Shown here piece by piece: positions 50,801-59,843 of a DNA stretch of 64,000 bases. The stretch's first letter is position 1; each line of letters starts with the position of its first letter. Both the position numbers and the translations under genes were made by a program. The notes beneath the pieces were generated by a model that saw nothing but the letters and a program-made list of their open reading frames with translations, was not told the DNA's origin and ran no database searches. The stretch lies in the IMG/VR virus record IMGVR_UViG_3300028394_002659. One strand, written 5' to 3'. This DNA is from a virus.

Positions 50801-53800
50801 AAATCCTAGCCTGGTACAAGTGGTTGTGCCACAACAAGCAAGTGCCGCAGACCAACAAATATACTTGACCGATGTGTGGCGTAGTAGTTACAAACTGACC
50901 AGTACAGACATTCTTCCAACCACTACTGAATTGCCCACAGATATCGGGTTACCCACAGCAGGTTATGTGAGTCTTGACGATACTGATATCACAGTGTTCG
51001 ACATAACAAACACAGAAAGTCTGGCAGCAAATATTGATTCAATTCAGGTAGGTACCAGTATCTGGGTTGCCAAGATCAACGATTACGATTGGAACATTTA
51101 TCGTGCGCAAGCAGTACCAGGACAAATTCAACACGTTTGTGACAACCTGAACGGTACAAGTCGTGTGATTTTTAATGATCAACACGGCCTGACAACCGGT
51201 GATAAACTGATCATCAAATTCTTTGACAGTGAAATCAATGGAGTATATCAGGTACTCAGTGTTCCCAATCTGGACACAGTAAACATTGCATTTGCATTTA
51301 CCAGCAATCGTGCAGTGGCCAATGGCACAGGAATTGGATTCACATTGCAGACCATGCGAGTGGCTCAGGCCAGTGATGTTGACAGTTTGCCTTATGCTCT
51401 AAATATCTTGCCAGGCGCCAAAGTTTGGGTCGACGACAACGGTGACGGCTTGTGGGAAGTGTTGCAAAAGAATGATGTGTTCTCAAGCATTGTTGCACTA
51501 AATCCAGTACTGCTAGATGCTGGAGAACAATACGGTGCCAGCGTGGCACAGGCCAGAAACAAATTGGCCGCATTTGTGGGTAGTCCAAACTATGGATTTT
51601 ACACAGGTACTTCAAAAGGCGCAATATATGTATACGTCAAGAGTTACAGCGATCAGTACACACCTGTAAGTCCGTTAGGCACAGGCGATGCAATACTCAC
51701 ACTAGATGCAACAGGTGTGCGTGGATACGGTAATGCCATAGACTTTGGCAATCAATCCTGGGCAGTGGCCGGTGCTAGTGCTAGTTTGGGATCTGGCAGC
51801 CAAGCCAACAACGGCTATGCTTGTGTGATCTATCGCGACCCGACACTGGGAGTTCCGGGATCTATTCCTTTTGGGCAATGGCAATTGCTCACACAACCTG
51901 CGGCATACGGTACATTATTAACTGGTGCAGGAGAATTTGGTTACAGTGTGGCCATGAGTCTAGACGAGCGTTGGATGTACATTGGCGCACCAGGACTAAA
52001 CAGCGTACATGCATATGGCTATGTTGATTGGCAGAATCAAGTTATCAAAACGATCGCCGACGGAGTGACCACAGCATACACTATCAATGATACCATACAA
52101 ATCAACAACGACTACCAACTCAAAGTTACCTTGAATGGACAAATACAAACAGTCGGAACTGACTACACAATCAGTGGCAGTTTCGGCACAGTTACTTTTG
52201 CATCTGCACCAGGAAATACTATAGCAGGCAGTTTTGTACCAGGTGCCACATACACAATTTTAACTTTGGGTACCACCGACTTCACAGCAATTGGCGCAAG
52301 TTCAAACACTGTGGGGGTTGAATTCGTCGCTACCGGGGCAGGTTCAGGCACAGGCACAGCTGTTGCCCAATTATTGATTGAATTTGCACGTTATAACAGT
52401 TTTCAAATTCCCTACTCGGCTGCAACGTACAATCTTGCTGGAACATCATCATCTTTGCCCGGACTGTTCACAGCCACAAACATATACTCATTCAGTATTG
52501 AAGTTAATGGAGCGTTGTTGCGACCCAATATTGATTACACATTTGCAGGCACAACAGTGACATTTACCGGATCATATATCAGTAGTGATATCATAATCGT
52601 AAGAGCCAACGGTTACTTTGAATATACAAATACTCTTACTGTGGCTGGACTTGGTGCTTCTGATCGCTTTGGTCACAGCATTTCATGTACTACAGATGGT
52701 CGCCAGGTCCTGGTGGGAACTCCTTATATCACAATTGATGGCAACGTGGAAGCCGGACAAGTTTATGTGTTTGACCGTAATGTACAAAGATTCATTTGCA
52801 ATAGCAATTCTTCCAGCACCAATTTCACAGTACTAGGATCTGCACCAACTGCGCCTGTGAGCGTGATTGTCAACAATGAATTCTACATCAATCAAACTGA
52901 CAGCGTGATTGATGCACCTAACTCTTTCACAGTAAGTGGAAACACAATTACTATCTTGGGTGACCTCAAGGTAGGCGATGTAGTTGAAATTGAGACCAAT
53001 CAATTTAATTTATTACAAACAGTTTCGCAAAATACCGTGGCTAACTTTTCAAACTTTGGGCAAGCAGTAGAAATTTGCGACAACAATTGCAGTCTATATG
53101 TGGGAGAACCACAAAGCAGCCAACAGATTTTTAAAGGTGGTGTGGTTGAACGTTTTGTAAACCAAAGCCGAGTTTATGGCACAATCACTGCCACAGTGGC
53201 CAATCCCACATTCACTGTTGGCAACACCATTAGAGTCAACAACATGGATGTGGTACTGACTGGTACCACTGTGGCAAGCCTGGCCAACGCAATCAATTCT
53301 ACAGTTCCAAACGTGTTGGCCACAGTCAGTACCGCTGGATACCTAACAATCAATGTTAAAAATTCTGCGGCAGCCGCACCGTTCAACAAGGTACAAGTAG
53401 CACCTGGTAGTGTGGGCACGGCATTTACAACTTTGGGCTTTGATACATTTGCTTGGACACAGTTGATTACCAGTCCATATCCTGTGGAGTATGCGGCATT
53501 TGGTAGTGCCATCAGTGTCAACGACAATGCTATCAACTTGGTTGTTGGCGCACCACGAGGTACGCTGTACCTTGAAACTATATTTGATGATGGCACAACT
53601 TATTTTGATGCTGGCAGTACCATATTCTTCTCTGTGATTGTACAAAGTGGTGCAATTTATACTTTTGATTATTTGCCAAGCAGTACACTGACTGTTACTA
53701 ACCCAGGCAAATTTGTATTTGGACAACAAATCAACAACAGTCAAGTCCAATCATATGACACATTTGGCGCCGCAGTAAATTACACTTCGGGTGTGCTCAT

Positions 53801-56800
53801 GGCTGGCGCACCCAAGAACGACAGCGGAGATAGCACCGCCAATTTTGGTGCTGTGTTTGTTTTTGAAAACCCAACTGGTTCTCCAGCATGGTCAGTGGCA
53901 GAGATTGAACAGCCCACTGTTGATATTCGACTGTTGAACAGTGTGTTCTTTTACGATAGAATCACCAGCGCCAGAACACAGTTCTTGGACTTCATCAACC
54001 CACTGCAAGGCAAGATATTGGGCGCGGCACGTGCCAATATCGATTATGTCGGTGCAGTGGATCCTGCCGCTTACAACACAGGCCCGTCCAACCTCAAAGG
54101 CACAACATGGTTTGCAGATCACGTGGGAGAAATTTGGTGGGACATCAGTACAGTAAGATTTATTGATCCCAATCAAGACAGTGTTGTGTATGCTTCTCGA
54201 CGTTGGGCACAATTGTTCCCAGGCAGCGAAGTTGATGTGTATCAGTGGATACAAAGCACAACGCCTCCTTCCGCCTACACCGGTGAAGGAACTCCGTTGA
54301 ACACAGCATCTTATACTGTGAATACCAATCTGTCACAAGACGGAACCTTTGCTACCTATTACTATTTCTGGGTGAGAGGTATCACGGTAACTGCAACACA
54401 ACTGGGCAAAACTTTACCAGCCAGCACAGTTGCATCTTACATTGCTGATCCCAGAGCTAGTGGTATTGCTTATCTAGCACCAATCAATGCCAGCACCGTT
54501 GCTCTGTACAACAGTGCTGACTATATTGAAGCCAGCGATACTATTATCAACATTGAGTACGATCGAGAATACACAAATGACAATGTACACGTTGAGTATG
54601 AACTGATTCCACAAGATCGTGCCGATGGCTTCTTGAGTGACAGCCTGTATCGTAAACTTCAAGACAGTTTGTGCGGGGTAGATACATTTGGTAACAAAGT
54701 TCCTGATCCTAATTTGAACCCAGCAGAACGTTATGGTGTACAATTCCGTCCACGACAAAGTATGTTTGTGAATCGTTTTGCGGCATTGAAAAACTATTTA
54801 AAACGTGCAAACACAGTATTGGCACAATATCCAATCAGTGAAAGTAGATCATTCAATCTACTCAACAGTAGCGCACCTATCCCTCCACAAACTGAAATAG
54901 TAGACAGCGTCTCTGTGACCAATTGGAACCTACAGGTGGCCAATTTAGAAATACTAGGATTCCAAACACCGTTCTGGTCCAACACCAGCGGGTCAATACC
55001 ATTGGGTTACAAATATCTTGTGACCACAGACAGTAGCAACAATGGACTGTGGACGGTCTACACCGTTGAACTAAGCGACACGCAGGCCAACACAAGAGTT
55101 TTAAAATTGACTCAAGTGCAAGGATACAACACACCTGACTATTGGAGTTATATCAACTGGTACCGTCCAGGATATAATGCCAGTACCAAAGTTGTGGCCG
55201 AAGTAGCCACATACTCCGCATTGACTACATTAATATTACCGGTTGGTAGTAGTGTTAAAGTCACTGCCAATGCACAAGGCAAGTTTGAAATTTATTTGCT
55301 AACCGATCTTGGGTTTGAACGAGTTGCACTGCAAGATGGCACCATTGAATTCTCTGCAGAACTATATGACTATGCCCTGGGACGTTTTGGCTTTGATGTT
55401 GAAGTATTTGATGCACAATATTTTGACCAAGAGCCTGTGATTGAAACAAGAAAAATTATTCAAGCCATCAACGAAGAATTGTTGATTGATGATCTTGCAA
55501 TACAACGCAACAAGGCCTTGGTCTTGATGTTTAACTTTGTGTTGAGCGAATTCTCTGCACCTGAATGGCTGGTCAAGACCAGTTTGATTGATGTAGATCA
55601 CAGAATTCGCCAATTGATCCCATATCAGAATTACATCATTGACAATCAAGAATTTGTGAGTGACTATATTCAAGAAGTCAAACCATATCATGTCAGTATC
55701 CGTGAATTTAATTTGAAGTACACCGGCGCCGATGAGTTCTTTGGCGATTTAACTGACTTTGATTTGCCGGCCTATTACAACACAACGTTGGAAATAGCCA
55801 AATTTACAAGCCCAATCTTGTTGCCGTACAATCACGGCAATGCATTTAATTCACCAACCAATACACAAAGTGATTTGCCTGCAACCAGTACGCTGTGGTC
55901 AACTTGGCCATACAATCAATGGTACAGCAATTATTTGTTGATATTAGACAGTGTGGAAATCATTGATGGCGGGTCAGGATACACAGAACCACCTGTGGTT
56001 ATTATCACAGGCGACGCAACCGAACCAGCAGAAGCCACAGCGGTGATCAGCAGTCTGGGGCGGGTAGTTGCTGTGAATGTTACCAATGCAGGATCAGGAT
56101 ACGGTCAAACCCCTACAATCACATTTGACGGTGGCAATGGCACTGAGGCCAGAGCGTATGCCATAATGACCAATGATCTTGTGCGCAGTTTCCGCACGGT
56201 GATCAAATATGATCGTTTCCAATATTTTAGTGATGTGTTGACCTGGAGTCCAAATGGTACTTATTTGTCTGGCATGCTGGTACGGTATGATGATCGTGTG
56301 TGGTCGGCCACACCCACAGATTCTACCGCAGTGGTTGGTCCAGAATTTAATCTTGAAGACTGGACTGTGGTTCCAGCAAGAACACTAACTGGCGTAGACC
56401 GTACCATGGGCTATTATGTGCCCGGCGTTAATCAGCCAGGACTAGAATTGCCTTTGTTAATCGATGGGGTTGACTATCCTGGTGTACAAGTTTACGGCGA
56501 CTACTTCTTGCGCGATCCACTGAGCATAGATGCCACATACTCTAGTGAATTTACAGATACCACACTGGGAGAACTGCCCACAGATATCAATGTTGATGGC
56601 GGCCAGTTCATTGGCTTGTATGAAGGACACTCTCCTGAAGAATTGATCAATGGCGCAGAATTTGACACTCTTGATTTCCGTGTTTATACTCGTCCAGGCG
56701 CAGACTGGAACAGAGACGGCCACGGATTCCAATGGAGCATAATTCGCTACACATACGACCCTGCCATTGAAACAGCGTACAGTTGGGCAGGCACAGTAGA

Positions 56801-59051
56801 ACATCCTGTACAGGTCCTGATCAGCAATATCACCACTGGCTTAGACCTTGCACTTGACATTGATTATACTGTTGACTGGATCAACCAAACAGTTTCTTTA
56901 CTGACCTTGACATCTGGAGATCAGTTCCAGATCAATGTGTTTGAATTGGGGGGTGGCAGTCAGTTGTACCGTGCCAATTACATCGGCGGCGATATTGGTG
57001 AGACAGTGGTAGTTCCAGTTAACACAGCAGAAATTGTCAGCATTGCGGTATTTGTAAATGGTGAAAATGTTGACAGCGTGACCTGGCAACCGTATGTTGA
57101 CAGCGCAAATTGGAATATACTAGATAGTTACGGCAAACTTGATATTGTGAATAATAGTGGCATCTACTATCGCGCCTTGCAAAATGTGCCAGTTGGTATA
57201 AACATCACCAACGTGCTGTATTGGTTTGCATTTGTTCCTACACTAGAAAGTCTAGTAGACTTTGGTACCGACTATGGTGCTACAGATGGCATTGCCATGG
57301 TGATATTTGGAACCAACACTGTAGATGCAGGATATTTTGTAATAGGCAAGTCCTATACAATTACCACGGTTGGAACAACCAACTGGACTGCTATTGGTGC
57401 CGCATCAGGTACCGTGGGTGTGAGTTTTGTAGCCACAGGCGCTGGATCAGGAACAGGGCAAGCATCCACTGCATACTCATGGAGTACCCCACAGGTTCAA
57501 TATCAAGTGGCCGATGCCAACATGGTATCAAACAAGATCATAGTATTAACCAACAGTGTGCAAGGTTCAAATTCAGCCAATGCTGTAATCACTCGTAACG
57601 GATTGAGATTGCGGCCGCCGGCAGGAATTGAATGGATTGGCGACGACTCTAGTGTGAGTTTTGGGTTACCACAACGCGGCAACTACAGTCAATCAGCAAT
57701 CAATGCCAATAGTGATGTTAATGTTTGGATAGATAATATTTTACAGGTTCAAAACGTTGGGTCCACTCAGGGCAACTATGCTGTGACTGCTTGGACCGGC
57801 AACAACACACCAGGTCGTCAGGTTGTGTTCTTTACCCCTCCACCCAGCGGCGCAAGAATTTTGATTGCTGTGAACACTCAGGCAGACTATGCGATTGTTG
57901 GAAACCAAGCGCAAATCAGCGCCACAGTAAACTTGAATGACGTGTTTGCAGTGACTACCTGGAATGATACGTCGCAACAATGGCCGTTGACTCTGGTGTT
58001 TCAAGGCCCGGTTACAGAAGGCCTAACGCTTACTGAAGGTTATGACACCACAGTTTATGATGCCGCCTCAGTGAGCGATACCCCAGGATCATATGATTAT
58101 TCTGTAGGGACCACTATATCTGTTAATAATTTCTATCTAGAAAGAAGCCTAAATGAAGCCAGCAGATTGTGGGCCACACTAAATGGTAATAGACTGTTTG
58201 AAGGTATTGATTATACTGTGGAAGGTGATTATTTAATATACTCTGGTGGCGTAATTGGCACAACTGATATTATGGTCATTGAAGAATATACCAATAGTGT
58301 GGTGCCAGATGCTATGGCATTCCGCATATTCCAAGACATGCGTGGAGTACAAGCAACTTACAGAATTACTGAAGCAACTACCACAACCCTAGCACAAGAT
58401 TTATCAAGCACTGCTAGTATTGCTTATGTCACAAACGCTGGTCAATTGAGCGAACCTGATCTTGACCCTGTGCGTAAGACAGGAATTTTTGGTGTGGTCA
58501 CAATTGATGGCGAGCGTGTGATGTATCGTGCAAGGGACATAGTGGCAAATGTCATTTCAGGACTCATGCGTGGAACCGCTGGCACTGCCGCCGCAGATCA
58601 CAGTGCTGGTACTGACATATATGACACAGGTCGCGGCAACTTGTTGCCCTCACAATTCCAAGACTACATTGTGAGCGATACTAGTACAGGAGATGACAGC
58701 ACCACAACATTCTATGCACCCAGTATATTATTTGAGGACTTTCTGGATTCTAGCAGTGAAACTCCGGCAATTGAAGTTTATGTTGGTGGGCAACGTCAGT
58801 ATGCCTACAGCGATACCACCGCTGAAAGTCGCTATCGTTATTTTGTAACAGACTATGATCCATTGGCTGTGGAATTCATTGTAGACACCAACGTCTTCCC
58901 ACCACTACTACCGCCTGCCGCAGGCGTAGAAGTAACAATTTTAGTGCGCCAGGGCGTTACTTGGTACGCACCCGGTGACGGCACTGCCAGCGATGGAATT
59001 GCGCTACAAGACACCCAAACACAAGCCGCAAGGTTCTTGCGTGGGTTATAA
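44862..59051 (+). CDS. Giant (4729 aa) baseplate wedge/structural protein (gp7-like position) with FG-GAP-like propeller repeats
   Basis: Follows gp6; FLPEIFQT N-terminus; F/YG.S/AV repeats with VGAP; GGSGY..PP.V.I repeats; YIQEVKPYH. Confidence 0.75.
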   Translation: MANTRSVDFLPEIFQTDANKQFLAATLDQLIQEPNFRKTQGFIGRTVGPGVNPNDKYVVEPTKTRADYQLEPGVVSLVPDTDTIKNAITYPGLNDAVSFQGGNGGRPDRLYSSEYYTWDPFVDFDAFINFSQYYWIPGGLAAVDVASAGISTTDNFVVTTNNSAYNFSGVNGNNPVIELVRGGSYTFQVSDEFWIQSAPGISGTIPATPNISSRDVYGVANNGETSGTVIFNAPLKDAQSFYYNLTSIGTIDLVTELAYNDINGQPLIDFVVATGGIDGVTNLNNRTLIFIDNPALTQKYQITYVTVDSVVYLQLAEIATINSLEKWITSYGTVYSNTQWYKDPAGVIRSIPLLSAVQDTLYYQSGTNSEIFGRILLVEPGNSSTLDVDSIIGQETYTSPNGVAFTNGLKVRFTGDVVPASYGSGTSTFQCTATEAGTNYITYYNATYLYVGQGVVFLATTLGGLEPGTTYYVRSIAVNGLKFTVSAVPNGPAVTLQTGTGTMNAIAVSNHEYYVSGVGTAIELLPVENFAVYESYATDYTDSTIAVEPADIDYLTISRASKDLNAWTRSNRWFHIDVINATATYNNTAADIDNNFRAKRPIIQFRPGIRLWNMGTRGKAPVDIIDFTETDAFSNVEGSTGYTTDGYTLVEGSRVIFAADEDLNVRDKIYVVSFATPDTVPPLITQPIIVLTEATDGAVQLDESTVCIDGDTIAGLTFWFDGTAWIEAQQKISVQQAPLYNVYDIDGVSFGDRVKYQSSDFVGSKLFSYAVGDTTILDTVLQFPLQYLNINNVGDILFDNNLYVDTFTYTIDNVSTATPISSGAAREYEDRVTYYKLIGWQTAVVEQQIYQQFKFTYTGQSLKLDIAVTSQTVIAVPVIKIYVGSVFIDPSTYTYTVGTNSTVITLTNTYLPTDIIEVLALSDQTSTVGFYQVPDNLQSNPLNANSPAFTLGTIRTHYETICENLLDLTGPINGSNNSRDLGNIVPYGLEILQQSAPLTLAGYFMRSPSYNIFASLQYNSREYTKFKAQMLDAVLTQNNIAFKTTATILDQAIQDITLGKLETQPFYWSDMIPQGVTSYSNTYTVGLTTRATFDTVQVYNYTSANYLGLCVYLNDEILTRDLEYVVATDGPRLTISATLAVGDTVTINEYSATYGNFVPNTPSKMGLYPKYEPEITTLVTSNGTGEFIIGHDGSETPVFGDIRDQVLLEFETRIYNNIKQDGNPVPLTIENVLPGQFRDTGYTFEEINNIFAEDLLSYCGWNKLNYKEQTFSATNEFTWNYSGTTNRLNNENLLGAWRGIYRYFYDTQQPEYTPWEMLGLEIEPTWWQDRYGPAPYTADNLVLWDDLEAGLVADPVVPYYKPNYARPGLTSVIPTGGEGELLSPQNSVVGGVPLNQNVSARYQKSWAIGDGGPVEASWWNSSSYPFSVMHVLAVTRPAEFFALFADRDLYKFDTDYNQYLYNQRYRLDANGIEVYGNDVSKASYINWIVDYNRQTGINSTDLLTADLAALDVRLCYRMASYSDKQYVKLVTEKSSPNSTNTTLTIPDESYNILLYKNQPFDQIRYSSVAVQKVDGGGYAVFGYGTTQPYFEILQSQAVGKLQEYSAGGITVLVPTFYSDNVTQVPYGFVFVNETAVSDFLLSYGKLLETQGLTFTDRANGYTLDWPRMVTEFLYWSQQGWGTNAIINLNPLAGGLTVTRPGAVVDSIVTETSENLLLDQNSNEIPTRSLNVVRLGNTFTIQPLTTQSISYINLRFTNYEHMMVLNNKSVFGDLIYNPVTGARQSRLTLVAVTTSDWNGSVDTPGFILNQDNVQEWTGLRTYSKGEIVKYKNVYWSALTIVQPSVKFDFNTWTQSDYTQIELGLLPNLANKADQLANSYNINAANIETDNDLLSYGLIGFKPRQYLAALNLDDVSQVNVYRQFLGTKGTRLATDLFKSANLGKEAADYTIYENWAVQRATYGANANRSFVELRLNRALLSANPSLVQVVVPQQASAADQQIYLTDVWRSSYKLTSTDILPTTTELPTDIGLPTAGYVSLDDTDITVFDITNTESLAANIDSIQVGTSIWVAKINDYDWNIYRAQAVPGQIQHVCDNLNGTSRVIFNDQHGLTTGDKLIIKFFDSEINGVYQVLSVPNLDTVNIAFAFTSNRAVANGTGIGFTLQTMRVAQASDVDSLPYALNILPGAKVWVDDNGDGLWEVLQKNDVFSSIVALNPVLLDAGEQYGASVAQARNKLAAFVGSPNYGFYTGTSKGAIYVYVKSYSDQYTPVSPLGTGDAILTLDATGVRGYGNAIDFGNQSWAVAGASASLGSGSQANNGYACVIYRDPTLGVPGSIPFGQWQLLTQPAAYGTLLTGAGEFGYSVAMSLDERWMYIGAPGLNSVHAYGYVDWQNQVIKTIADGVTTAYTINDTIQINNDYQLKVTLNGQIQTVGTDYTISGSFGTVTFASAPGNTIAGSFVPGATYTILTLGTTDFTAIGASSNTVGVEFVATGAGSGTGTAVAQLLIEFARYNSFQIPYSAATYNLAGTSSSLPGLFTATNIYSFSIEVNGALLRPNIDYTFAGTTVTFTGSYISSDIIIVRANGYFEYTNTLTVAGLGASDRFGHSISCTTDGRQVLVGTPYITIDGNVEAGQVYVFDRNVQRFICNSNSSSTNFTVLGSAPTAPVSVIVNNEFYINQTDSVIDAPNSFTVSGNTITILGDLKVGDVVEIETNQFNLLQTVSQNTVANFSNFGQAVEICDNNCSLYVGEPQSSQQIFKGGVVERFVNQSRVYGTITATVANPTFTVGNTIRVNNMDVVLTGTTVASLANAINSTVPNVLATVSTAGYLTINVKNSAAAAPFNKVQVAPGSVGTAFTTLGFDTFAWTQLITSPYPVEYAAFGSAISVNDNAINLVVGAPRGTLYLETIFDDGTTYFDAGSTIFFSVIVQSGAIYTFDYLPSSTLTVTNPGKFVFGQQINNSQVQSYDTFGAAVNYTSGVLMAGAPKNDSGDSTANFGAVFVFENPTGSPAWSVAEIEQPTVDIRLLNSVFFYDRITSARTQFLDFINPLQGKILGAARANIDYVGAVDPAAYNTGPSNLKGTTWFADHVGEIWWDISTVRFIDPNQDSVVYASRRWAQLFPGSEVDVYQWIQSTTPPSAYTGEGTPLNTASYTVNTNLSQDGTFATYYYFWVRGITVTATQLGKTLPASTVASYIADPRASGIAYLAPINASTVALYNSADYIEASDTIINIEYDREYTNDNVHVEYELIPQDRADGFLSDSLYRKLQDSLCGVDTFGNKVPDPNLNPAERYGVQFRPRQSMFVNRFAALKNYLKRANTVLAQYPISESRSFNLLNSSAPIPPQTEIVDSVSVTNWNLQVANLEILGFQTPFWSNTSGSIPLGYKYLVTTDSSNNGLWTVYTVELSDTQANTRVLKLTQVQGYNTPDYWSYINWYRPGYNASTKVVAEVATYSALTTLILPVGSSVKVTANAQGKFEIYLLTDLGFERVALQDGTIEFSAELYDYALGRFGFDVEVFDAQYFDQEPVIETRKIIQAINEELLIDDLAIQRNKALVLMFNFVLSEFSAPEWLVKTSLIDVDHRIRQLIPYQNYIIDNQEFVSDYIQEVKPYHVSIREFNLKYTGADEFFGDLTDFDLPAYYNTTLEIAKFTSPILLPYNHGNAFNSPTNTQSDLPATSTLWSTWPYNQWYSNYLLILDSVEIIDGGSGYTEPPVVIITGDATEPAEATAVISSLGRVVAVNVTNAGSGYGQTPTITFDGGNGTEARAYAIMTNDLVRSFRTVIKYDRFQYFSDVLTWSPNGTYLSGMLVRYDDRVWSATPTDSTAVVGPEFNLEDWTVVPARTLTGVDRTMGYYVPGVNQPGLELPLLIDGVDYPGVQVYGDYFLRDPLSIDATYSSEFTDTTLGELPTDINVDGGQFIGLYEGHSPEELINGAEFDTLDFRVYTRPGADWNRDGHGFQWSIIRYTYDPAIETAYSWAGTVEHPVQVLISNITTGLDLALDIDYTVDWINQTVSLLTLTSGDQFQINVFELGGGSQLYRANYIGGDIGETVVVPVNTAEIVSIAVFVNGENVDSVTWQPYVDSANWNILDSYGKLDIVNNSGIYYRALQNVPVGINITNVLYWFAFVPTLESLVDFGTDYGATDGIAMVIFGTNTVDAGYFVIGKSYTITTVGTTNWTAIGAASGTVGVSFVATGAGSGTGQASTAYSWSTPQVQYQVADANMVSNKIIVLTNSVQGSNSANAVITRNGLRLRPPAGIEWIGDDSSVSFGLPQRGNYSQSAINANSDVNVWIDNILQVQNVGSTQGNYAVTAWTGNNTPGRQVVFFTPPPSGARILIAVNTQADYAIVGNQAQISATVNLNDVFAVTTWNDTSQQWPLTLVFQGPVTEGLTLTEGYDTTVYDAASVSDTPGSYDYSVGTTISVNNFYLERSLNEASRLWATLNGNRLFEGIDYTVEGDYLIYSGGVIGTTDIMVIEEYTNSVVPDAMAFRIFQDMRGVQATYRITEATTTTLAQDLSSTASIAYVTNAGQLSEPDLDPVRKTGIFGVVTIDGERVMYRARDIVANVISGLMRGTAGTAAADHSAGTDIYDTGRGNLLPSQFQDYIVSDTSTGDDSTTTFYAPSILFEDFLDSSSETPAIEVYVGGQRQYAYSDTTAESRYRYFVTDYDPLAVEFIVDTNVFPPLLPPAAGVEVTILVRQGVTWYAPGDGTASDGIALQDTQTQAARFLRGL

Positions 59052-59070
59052 ACAAGGTAAATAAAAGACC

Positions 59071-59220
59071 ATGTCAAACACACAGCAAAATCAACAAGTT
59101 GAGCAGAAAAATGAGCAAAAGCCCGGCAAACCCAACGAAACCGGCACCGTCAACGTGCAAGGATACTTTAGAGTGTTTGATCCAACGACGCAAAAGACTT
59201 ATGTGGAGGGGCGAGCATGA
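59071..59220 (+). CDS. Small 49-aa protein below the ORF-track cutoff
   Basis: MSNTQQNQQVEQKNEQKPGKPNETGTVNVQGYFRVFDPTTQKTYVEGRA; TAAATA 7 nt upstream; ATGA overlap with the next gene. Confidence 0.7.
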   Translation: MSNTQQNQQVEQKNEQKPGKPNETGTVNVQGYFRVFDPTTQKTYVEGRA

Positions 59221-59822
59221 TTGAGTCAGGACTAGCCAAAATATCAGGGCATGTCAAGATCTATGACCCTGCAAGCGGTGAAATATTCTATAATGATCAC
59301 AACGCTATTCACTACGAAAACATTTCAGTAGCAATGGCTCAGAGTCTAGCAGACCGTAACGTAGGCTATATCTATCAAATGGCATTTGGCAATGGCGGCA
59401 GTTCAGTAGACCCCACAGGAGTTATTACATATTTGCCCCCAAACACCACAGGACAGAATGCTGACTTATACAACCAAACATATCAAAAGGTAGTTGACGA
59501 TAATTCAGCCGCTGACACAGACCCTGAAAACAACAAAATGACCGTACTACACACAGCAGGAAATCTTTACACTGATATCTTAGTGACCTGTTTGTTGGAT
59601 TACGGTGAGCCTGCAGAGCAACAAGCATTTGACAACTCAACCAACTACAATGGTGAGTTCGTGTTTGATGAACTAGGGCTTAAAACTTGGAATGGCGCCA
59701 CTGACAACCTGCGCCTGATTACCCACGTGATTTTTCACCCGGTACAAAAGAGCTTGAATCGACAAATTCAAATCGATTACACGCTGAGAATACAGACATT
59801 GAGCAACATCAATGCTGTATAA
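59217..59822 (+). CDS. Baseplate/fibre-attachment structural protein
   Basis: GHVKIYD, NAIH, MAFGNGG, FDELGL and THVIFHPVQKS.NR.I.I.Y motifs; operon context. Confidence 0.65.
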   Translation: MIESGLAKISGHVKIYDPASGEIFYNDHNAIHYENISVAMAQSLADRNVGYIYQMAFGNGGSSVDPTGVITYLPPNTTGQNADLYNQTYQKVVDDNSAADTDPENNKMTVLHTAGNLYTDILVTCLLDYGEPAEQQAFDNSTNYNGEFVFDELGLKTWNGATDNLRLITHVIFHPVQKSLNRQIQIDYTLRIQTLSNINAV

Positions 59823-59843
59823 ATATAGGAACAGGTAACCGAA

